A DNA stretch of 64,000 nucleotides from Podospora anserina. Lineage: Eukaryota. Below, in pieces: positions 13,520-23,033 of this stretch. The translations under genes were made by a program, and so were the position numbers. Where the stretch lies: positions 2,542,001-2,606,000 of the forward strand of contig CM030334.1 in the NCBI GenBank assembly GCA_017654855.1. Direction: 5' to 3'. Below the pieces are notes generated by a model. That model saw only the letters and a program-made list of their open reading frames with translations, had not been told where the DNA came from and did no database searches. The number at the start of each line of letters is the position of its first letter. Position 1 is the stretch's first letter.

Positions 13520-14157
13520 TATTATCCCAAAACTCCCGCAGGAGTTCATGTGTTCTTTTGGACTTTTTTACACATTTTGTCCCATGTGTTTTGAAACATA
13601 TCTGGTTCTTGTCAAGAATGAATAGACAGCTAATCACATGACCGACTCACTTTTTTGAGTGAGCTCTGTGCCACCTGTTTGGCCGAGCCATCAGTCCAAC
13701 ATCGTCTTAACCTCCGTGGTAGGACAGATGCACCACGAAACAGCACCAAATTGACCGGGGCACTCTTCATGCTTTAAGCCGAGCAATCGCCACTCCATCT
13801 CTTAAGACCAGAGGTCAAAGGTTTCATATTGTAGACACCCATCTCTCGGAAACACACTGCAGTCTCGGCAGTATCAACCGTTGAGGATCCAATACTTTTT
13901 ATTCGGGCAGACAGAAGTAATCTAAGCGTTTCTTCGAACAAAGAAAGAACAAGAAAAGAAATGTTGACTGAACACAGCACACCTAGCCAGAAAATCACCA
14001 AGGCCAGACCTCGTCAACAGCACGATTGTGACCAAGGCAAACAAACGGCTTCTGCCGTTTGCTTCCCCGATTTACTGCATCACCCTAGACAAAAAATGGC
14101 GTCCCATCTAGCCCTGTGTGAGTGCGAGTATAACTCTCCATGGCTACCTGATCCATT

Positions 14158-14734
14158 TTACTTGATCTGAAGAGACTGGAGCTGGGCAGGGACATCAGCA
14201 GTGCTATTAGCCTGGAGACCAACCGCCACACTACAAAATCTCAATTAGTGTTCTGTCTATAAAGTTGGGAAAGAAAAAAACCCACAGGGCATCAAACTCC
14301 TCCTCACTCAACCCAGTGAGATCAAACTCGGAGCCGTCCTCCAAGACCAAGGCGTTGGGCCTCTGGCACTCAGGCTCGAGGGTGGAATCAATCGCCCGCT
14401 TCCGGCCGATGAAGTTATACCCGACGCCGGAGTACCGGAAGCCGTTGGACCGGTTGCAGATGAAGTTGCCCCCGTTGTTGCCCGAGATGGTCTGGAGGCG
14501 GTTGCACTGGCCGTTGTCGTAGCCGCGGCACTGGATGTTCCAGCCCTGCTGGATGCCGCGGACGGCGACGGACTGGTAGGGGCTTCCGTTGGCGTTGGTG
14601 CCGCAGCAGGTGTTGGGGTTGATGCCGTTGCAGCGGAGGGCGTTGGAGCCGCCGCAGTTGTTGTCGGTGTGGAGGTAGAGGTCGATGGCCGAGGCCGAGG
14701 CGGCGAGGGTGAGGAGGGTGGCGAGGAACTTCAT
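14158..14734 (-). CDS. Small secreted cysteine-rich protein, 173 aa, 2 exons (14734-14286, 14230-14158), with an internal RKR Kex2-type site
   Basis: Signal peptide MKFLATLLTLAASASA and 8 Cys. A 55-nt intron GTGGGT...ACTAAT...TTTGTAG joins in frame to ...DALVAVGLQANSTADVPAQLQSLQIK*. TATAAAAG lies about 150 nt upstream. Confidence 0.88.
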
Positions 14735-14783
14735 GCTGATGGCTGGGGGTTGGTGGTGGTGGTTTTTGTTCGTTGAAGGCTGG

Positions 14784-14819
<36 letters not shown>
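14784..14819. repeat. (TGA)12/(CAT)n microsatellite in the inferred 5' UTR of the secreted-protein gene
   Basis: Perfect trinucleotide run between the TATA-like box and the ATG. Confidence 0.92.
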
Positions 14820-15326
14820 GATGAAGGCCGGTGGTGAAGAGGTAGAATGAGGTGGTTTGAAGGGGGGAGATGGCCCTTCTTTATACCCGTCGAGAGTTGC
14901 CCATCTCGCCAGATGAGGTTTGGTTGAAGGACTTTCATCTATTTCCAATACCCATCTCTCGGACTTGGTTACACACATCAAAGGGGACTGGAATATATCT
15001 CGCCCATGGAGCTGACGCTCATCCATGCCCTGCAGAGTCAACGCATCTCGGACTCTGAGACCCTCCAGTCTCCACATCACAGGACAGTTGGCAATGTTCT
15101 CAGCAAGCCCAAGCTCGTAACACGGCCCGGTCATATTGCCAAAAATGCGAATATAATACAGACGAAGAGCTCTTCAGCGTCAAAGGGGCTGTGGTGGTGT
15201 TTCTTAACACAAATGGCTCGATCACATCTAACAATTACCGGAAATCAACTCATCAATTCCTCCCTCAACAACCAACACACCTCAAATCTTAATCTCTAAC
15301 ACGCAAGAAAACTTTTGATAATATTT

Positions 15327-15459
15327 CTTATGTCCCAAAACAGAACTGCCTATCAACTGTTCATATGGTGACACAAACACAGCCAAGAGAACCGGTCATG
15401 ATACCTCTTATGCCCCAAAACAAACACTCGCGGAATACCCATATGGTAGCACAAACACA
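15327..15459. repeat. Imperfect direct repeat, two copies of about 55 nt, period 80 nt
   Basis: CTTATGTCCCAAAACA...CATATGGTGACACAAACACA (15327-15381) versus CTTATGCCCCAAAACA...CATATGGTAGCACAAACACA (15407-15459). Confidence 0.75.
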
Positions 15460-16448
15460 ACTCGGACTCTTACCGTGAGTACGGTAGCCAGACAATGAGG
15501 CTCTTTTCCTCAACAGCAACAACAATCCAATCACACTCTATGTTGTCTTTGTACTACCTGAAATGTTTAGTAAGACTATCCAATATGGCCAAATGTAGGT
15601 ATAGTCCCACAAACAAGGTCCGAGGCTGAGAAGTCCGAGAGAGTCCAGTAGTTGTGATACTACCGGCATGCATGGCAGCCTGGACTAATCAGTATGACTT
15701 TTTTTGAGGCTCGGCAAGTAGAGCTTCGAAAGATATGTCCATTCAGAGCTGGCCCGGTCGTCATATATTAGGTAGGCGCACCACTCGGCGCTTGAGCCAG
15801 TTTGATTGAGACTGGTAGCGAGCGGGCTTGAAAGGGAGATATCAACGGACATCTGAGGTATGCAGCATGTATGTGCCTGTAGGGAATTTCTTTTTTTCTT
15901 TTCAAAAACTGTGCCTGACCCAGGCAGGCGTGGAGTAAGGCTCTGCTGGCGAGAGGATAGCTACCTAGTGAAGAGGGTGGGAAGTGGTGAAAAAAAGAAG
16001 CAGGACACAGGAGGACAGTGGAACGCCGCCCAACATCAAGGAGGAGTGGAACCATTCTCCAATCGGTAAAAGTATTTGCGGATTTCTTGCCTCCCCTCTT
16101 TGTACTTGGTTGCGAGCTTTCCCTCAATATACTATCTTTGAATCGAGAGACTAGATAAACCCAAGTTAGTAGTAGCCAGCTTGCCAGCCTGCCAGTCTGA
16201 CAGGATAATGTATATCCTGTCCTAACCCATGATGTGTGAAACCTTCTCTCGGATCAAACTTTCCAGGTTGATATTGCCAAAGCAGCAAGAATGTCCAAGT
16301 AAGGGCGCTTTCAACCCCTCCTACTACTGTGTATGTTGGTTAGCAGTTGAACAGAGAGTGCGAGCCCACCAACTACACAAAGAATAAGACAGCCTTGTGC
16401 AACAACGCCGAAGAACAGCTGGAACGCTCCTTTTGACTTGAGACCTTC

Positions 16449-16455
16449 TATATAA
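16449..16455 (+). promoter_or_regulatory. TATA element about 30 nt upstream of the 5S gene
   Basis: TATATAA at about -30. Dispersed Neurospora 5S genes use a TATA element at about -29. Confidence 0.65.
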
Positions 16456-16479
16456 CCTCATCATCCACGTGCCCCTCTC

Positions 16480-16598
16480 ACATACGACCATAGGCAGTTG
16501 AATACACGGGATCCCGTCCGCTCTCCCCTAGTTAAGCAATTGACCGCCAGACTAGTACTCAGGTGGGTGACCACTGGGGAATCCCTGGTGTTGTATGT
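16480..16598 (+). rRNA. Dispersed 5S rRNA gene
   Basis: ACATACGACCATA...GGGATCCCGTCCGCTCTCCC...TAAGC...CTAGTA...GGGTGACCAC...GAATCCCTGGTGTTGTATGT, followed by a T-run Pol III terminator. The ends pair to form helix I. Confidence 0.96.
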
Positions 16599-19500
16599 TT
16601 TTGCCGGTGTCATTTTTTTTGTTGATATTTGGTGGTCATTGTTGTGGGTTGTGGTGGAGATTTTTATTTGTTTGGAAATGCATCGCCGAAAGTCTTGGCA
16701 AAAAGTTTTCTGATATTTTTTTGGGTAGCGGCAGTTGAATGGTCCAACTGCCAGCCACCCGGGACCAGCTGTGACAGTCGGGAACCAATCGGTCATTTCC
16801 CTTGATCAGAGGTGATTGGCCTGTGAGTGACAGATGCAGCCAAAAGGGGACAGGGACATGCAGGATGTGGATAGGATAAACTGTTATCAAGTATCAGCAG
16901 TGGCATTGCGTGGTGGTCGCATAAGAAACAGCTGCGATATTCCCATCTCGAGCCGTTCCAGATAGAGCACGGTGCACCTTAGGATGAAAACAAGATCCCC
17001 GCTCGCATAAACTTCTTCGGTCGCTTTTAGAACACGTCGTCGAATTTGCGGGGCATCCAACGGTTTTACAGAGTTACTTTGTCGTTGTCGGTCGGACCGT
17101 GGTGTGGAGTGTGCTTTGAACCATGTCCGCGTTTGATGTTTCGATGGTGTCGCTCAAACCCGAGGCGGATCATACTCTGCGTTTGGCGTCTGGCGTCAAG
17201 ATTGCCTACAAGACAAGTTGAAATGAGGGTTGGTATCATGATTCCGGCGTGCACACCTTCAAGTTTGACACGCCTGATCCTACCCACTCACACGTGCCTG
17301 TTGATCGATTGCTATGGAAGGATTAGTCGAACCGGGGGAGCTTCCGGGGCCCATGAGCCTTGCCCCCGGCTCGCCCGGAGTCCGGGCTTCCTCAAGACGG
17401 GCTAGCTCTATCCATAGACCCAACCACCGGCCCCTCGGTAAGAGCGCCGAGGAGGGGCAGACATCATGGTTTAAGATTTTGGAGGGGTTGGGAAACCTGA
17501 TGGGGTAGTGAAGAATTCGCAGAGATGATCTGTTGTCGTTGGGACATCTTCAAGTCACCATGTGATTTGATGGCTTGATAGGACGATGCACCACGTTCAC
17601 CGCCAACGGCGGCAAGAGTCGATATAAAAATCTGCCGATGGAACGGGCCCAGTCAACCTGAGCGTCTGCTGTTTCTCGTCTTGATATTCATGGTATTTCT
17701 TTTGCCTCGAGCTGGGTTTCAGCTTGTGGTGCCGTCAACCCACTGCCTTGGTAGTTAGCGGCTGGAGGCGAGGCTGAAGTAGGTAGCGCCGCCTTCGCGC
17801 CGTGGTGTCTTGTCGTTTGTGTCATTGAGCGTCATGGCAGTCTATTTGCAGCTCGCAGACATTCAAAGCAGTTGAATGCAACAGTACAACCTTCGTGACG
17901 CAGTCCTGAGTAAATTCTCACAACCTCCTGCGCGCTGCGAGCAGGTTCTGTTGGTAAAATCGAGTTCAGGCTGTTCCACTTCGTAGACATCTCCAGTCAT
18001 GACCATGATGAGCCTGCGGTGCCACCACTCTCGGATTGGGGTTGATGGCTTATTGGACGTCGCACAGACACAGCCTTGAGGAAATCGGGAAAACCGGACT
18101 CGAACTTGGCTGTTGAACCAGGGAAGACCTGTGTGTAGCTGGTACTTCGGAGATTAACACAACATGTCGGAATCTCGAGGTAGGACAGATAAAGCTCCAG
18201 GTTTCTAGAAACGTCAGAAACGTAGCGTGTAGCCTAACGGGACACCCAAGAGACGCCAAAAAAGCTGATTCGACGTCCAAAAAGGAAGCGTACCTGCACA
18301 TCCAATCCGCTGCCACCTACCACCCATCCAGCTGCAGGCTGTTGAGATGGACGAAACATGCGTCTGGCTCTCGGGAGACAGGCACCGTACATTACGACGG
18401 TAGACCGTCACGCCGTCCGCCAGAATTGCGCTGCTCCGAGATTGGTAATCACGATGAGAGGTCAGCGGGATGCCGAGAGACCGCACGGCGGTTGTCTCAT
18501 TTGAGCAGCTCCATCAATATCAAGAGGGCATCGTGTGGTGGTGAAAATGGGGTGAAATGGCGGCTTGGCAGAAGACGACTTGTGATCGGGGAAGGAAGCC
18601 AGGGTGAGCGTGTGGGGCCCGAAACGTGAACTGGTAAATTAGTGCGAGGCATTATTGGGAACGCCTTTTCTCGATTCTCTGGTGAAATCTGGCATCGTCG
18701 ATGTGCAGAGGGTGTGCAAGTTCTCTGGAAGCAGGGCAGCATGATGATGGGTTGCAGTTCCTGAAACATGAGAGCTTGATGAAAGCTCCCGCTCCCGCCC
18801 ATCCTGCCTCTGTCCCGCTGAGAATCCAGCCTACCTTTTGGGGCAGCCAAGGCCGGCACAACGAGTCGGGTTTGGCAACGGACCCTTTTGAATTTCACCC
18901 CAATACCGTCACAAACGGCCCTCCCCCGCAATATTTCAAGCCACCAGCGGCCACCAGTTGAGTGCGGGGCCTGGCGGGGATCACCAGCCACTGACCACTG
19001 AACGGTGTGTGCTGGCACGCTGCCAACTGAGGAGAAGCATCGTGCGTTGCTGCAATGTTTTCCTGGTGGGAGGTGTCATTGGTTCTGCCGTCGACAGCCC
19101 ACAGAATGTGGATGTGATTATCTCTCAGTCTGTCTCCTCTCGTCAATATTCAACAATAATAGCACTGCGGATATATGCGGAGCCAGGCAGCCCGTAACGG
19201 CGGGAGGGGAGCAGACGACGACTGTTTATCCGCCGTTGTTTGGGGAGACCTGAGGTGACTGAGAAACTCGAGCATCACCTTCGCTGTCAACAAACCGACA
19301 ACCACCACTCGGCCCAATCCATGCCGTGACGGCTTCATCAGATATTTCTTCTTGTCGCGACGGTGACATTATTTCTTTTTCAACCCTGGTCTCTCACATC
19401 TTAGCCCAAATTGCGCCCGCTCGAGAGCAGCGTTGCTCCGAATCACTAGCGAGATTGGGTCCCCTATCGTTTTTTTCTCGAAGACACCCCGGCCCCAGTA

Positions 19501-20566
19501 ATTCATGCTAAGAGAACGGACCCATTTCCCAGAGCGCCAGCAATTGTTGTGCAAAAAAAACAGTTCACCGTCCATCGCCCGTCCTGTTGCACTCGTTCGT
19601 CCCATGAGAGTAACAAGCCGTGTGTCTCTGTCTGCCATTCCGGAATACTGGCCCGCTCGTCCCCCCATCAGCTGTATTCAGTTTCTCGACGCTGTCAGCA
19701 AACGGCACAGAGCGAGACGGACATCTGAGACCATTCAGCTCACCCTCTCACTCAGTTCACTCGGCACAGGACAGGCCTGGACAGGGCAGTGACCTGTACA
19801 CTGACACCGCTCCGGTCACCACCGCCGCTCTCACCCACCCTACACTCCCCCGACGCTGTCTCGACTTTTGACAGTTTCGCAATCGTCCGAGTCAATATCC
19901 ATCGACAGGGTAAACAAACCCACACGTCTTGTTGACCCCCTGGAGTCAATCCTTTGGGCCATTTCTTGCATCCATCCATCCATCGCTTCGGTTCGCGCTA
20001 GGAGGCCTGCTGTTACGCCCGCAAGCTCCTTTTTCCTGGCCCTGGTCCTCGTCCCACACTCTCCGGCAACGCGAGAGATACCAGTCACGGTCGTCTCCTC
20101 GGCCGTCTTCCCTGCCATCCATCCTCGACAGGACATCTTTCCACAATACACTTTTGTCATTTCATGTCGCTCATTAACCCAGCTCTATTCATTCGCTCCT
20201 TTACAATAACAACTCCAACTGCCTACACTCCTTGTCAGCCACACGCTATCTAGAACTCACTCACACGGTCCGCTCCTCGTCGCGCCATCTCCACCACTAC
20301 TATAATCGATCGCACACTCTGACGACCCCTCGACCCCTCGACACGCTCGCGAAAGTTGCTTCTGTAGGACACTGAATGCTCCGATAATCCGCACTGCTCT
20401 TTTAGAGAGCCTGTTTCTACTTGCGACTCGGCATTATCCGCGCTTCACTGCGCGCAACAGGGCGTGTTTTGGCTGGTTCCGGCGCCGATCCATTGTCAAT
20501 TCGAGCAAGTCCTCGAAGACACAAAACACTCGAACCGGATATCCATCATCATTTACGACCATCAAC

Positions 20567-23033
20567 ATGACTGTCGCACACGACTTGACCCGCCGCGGGT
20601 CCACCCAGCTCGTCACCAACAACGGGCTACCCCTTGAAGACAGGTTCGAGGTGCTGAAGGAGATTGGAGATGGAAGCTTTGGAAGTGTCGTGCTCGCGAG
20701 AGTACGGACGGCGGGCGCCAGTGTTGCCCGTCGTGGTACAGTGGTATGGCTTATTATTTTCCCTTTGACCAAGTTGCTGTTCTGACCATCAATTACAGGT
20801 CGCCATCAAGACCATGAAGAAGACTTTCGAGTCGTTTCAGCCATGCCTGGAATTGAGGGAGGTTGTGTTCCTGAGGACGCTCCCCGCTCACCCTCATTTG
20901 GTTCCGGCCCTTGACATCTTTTTGGATCCATTCACCAGGAAGCTCCATATCGCCATGGAGTACATGGAGGGCAACCTCTACCAACTAATGAAGGCCAGGG
21001 ACCACAAGTGCTTGGACAACGCCAGCGTGAAGAGCATCCTGTACCAGATCATGCAAGGTTTGGAGCATATCCATGCTCACAGCTTCTTCCACCGCGATAT
21101 CAAGCCAGAGAACATTCTCGTGTCTACTTCAGCTCATTCGGATTTCACCAACTCTTTCAGACGGTATTCTGCTCTTGTCACGCCACCATCGACGCCCCCA
21201 TCTTATACCGTCAAGATTGCCGATTTTGGTCTCGCTCGTGAGACGCATTCGAAGCTTCCTTACACCACGTATGTCTCCACCAGGTGGTATCGTGCCCCAG
21301 AGGTACTGCTGAGGGCGGGCGAGTACTCGGCCCCGGTGGATATCTGGGCCGTCGGTGCTATGGCCGTGGAGGTGGCCACCCTCAAGCCTCTCTTCCCCGG
21401 TGGAAATGAGGTCGACCAGGTCTGGAGGGTATGTGAAATCATGGGAAGCCCAGGGAACTGGTACAACAAGGCTGGTGCGCGCGTCGGCGGTGGAGAGTGG
21501 AGGGAAGGAACCCGTCTTGCTGGAAAGCTCGGGTTCTCCTTCCCCAAGATGGCGCCTCACTCCATGGACACCATCTTGCAGACTCCCCAATGGCCTTCGT
21601 CGCTCAGCCAGTTTGTTACCTGGTGCCTCATGTGGGATCCCAAGAGCCGACCGACATCTACTCAGGCGCTTGCCCATGAGTACTTTGCCGATGCCGTTGA
21701 TCCTTTGCGCCCAAAGTCTGCGTCCAAGATCCTGGGTCGTAAACAGTCTGACATCAGTCGGGGAAAGGACTCTAACGCGACCACGCCAACGGCTACATCA
21801 AAGCCGTCTTCGTGGTTCAGAAAGTCGCTCATCGGTCGCTCCGAGAGTGTCGAGGTTATGGCCGCTCCGCAGCCCGCCCCGAAAGAAGCACCAGCACCAG
21901 CTCCTGCTCCTGCTCCTGCTCCTCGCCCTGCCCCGATCGCTCGACCTGCCGCTCCCGTCGAGCCACCACAGCCGGTTATGCCTGCTCCACGACCCACGGT
22001 CGCAAAAAGAGCAACCTGGACAAACGGCCCTTCGAACGTCGCACCAATGCCCATTCTTCCCACCATCCGTCCCATCTCACCTCTATCGCAGACTGTCACA
22101 GCCCAACCCGCACCAGTGTACAATGACGCCTATGCGAATGCGGTTCAGAGACACGCCCCAGTTCAAGAGAAGTCCTCCAAGAAGATTGGCAGGCAGCTCT
22201 CAGTCCAATCGAACACCAATCACTACGCTGAACTTCACAGGCAACAGGCAGAACGAGCTCTCAATGGACAGTCTGGCTTGGTGTCGCCACCGAGTGGACA
22301 CAAGGAGAGCTTTTTCTCGCACCTCCGGAAAAGAGCGAGGAGGTTCTCGGGCAGACATCAGACGCCCATGTCGCCCAGCTCTGACGATATGGAGGCCCAG
22401 GCAGGTTGTGGACCATGGGCGAGCAACCGCTCATCAATGGTGATCGACAACCCGGCACCCATCCCCGTTCCAAAAGACACGTATGAGTCCCTCGATAAGA
22501 CGCTCCGCGAGGGTCAGCAAATGGCCGAGGTACCTCCTGCGCCACCGGCCCATCAAGTGAATCAACTAACGCCAAGCGGTAATCTCAAGCGCCACCACTC
22601 CCTCCCTCACCACCAACCAAGATCGGTCGATAATCTGCTTGTCGCCTCCCGAGGAACCGGTCCCGTATCTAGCAGGACACGAAGAGCCCAGGCTGCGCAC
22701 GGTGTCAACCAATACGACGACCCCAACGAGGAAGACGAACTTCTAGATGAAGTGTTGACCTCGACCCACCGTGCCATGAAGCGCCTCGACAACGAGAAGC
22801 CTCTGAGGCAATCAGCTAGCAATGTCGTGTTGACGAACCCTTACCCGACCCCTTCGCCCTCCGCCAGCGGAAACGTAATGCTTTTTGGTGACGGCAAAGA
22901 AGCTGTCACGCCCAAGCCATTGAACTACGGCAAGAAGGCTGCCGAATACAAGTGGCCCACTCCCCCTTATGACGAGGGTGACTGGGCGGCTTCGGCTTCG
23001 GCAAGCATATGGGCGGCGGGCAGTCGGTTTTAA
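20567..23033 (+). CDS. IME2: IME2/MAK/ICK-family Ser/Thr protein kinase, 2 exons (20567-20743, 20799-23033)
   Basis: IGDGSFGSV, VAIKTMKK across the intron, FFHRDIKPENIL, DFGLARE and activation loop PYTTYVSTRWYRAPE (TxY), followed by a long Pro-rich tail. Confidence 0.93.

Noticed and set aside
8765..14734. ELP1 + tRNA + secreted toxin-like gene as a zymocin-type anticodon-nuclease system
   Set aside because: Elongator modifies wobble U34, but this tRNA has G34 (GCC) and is not a substrate. The secreted protein shows no nuclease motif I can recognise. The adjacency is probably coincidental.
14735..14938. Poly-His N-terminal extension of the secreted protein in the ORF track
   Set aside because: It crosses the TATA-like box and a microsatellite. 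The ATG at 14734 directly precedes a canonical signal peptide.
16900..19400. Short ORFs downstream of the 5S gene as a Starship or transposon relic
   Set aside because: The 5S gene is intact. I see no tyrosine recombinase, transposase or reverse transcriptase motif, no terminal repeats and no AT-rich RIP signature.
23022..23033. C-terminal SRF of IME2 as a peroxisomal PTS1
   Set aside because: Non-canonical tripeptide without supporting basic upstream context.
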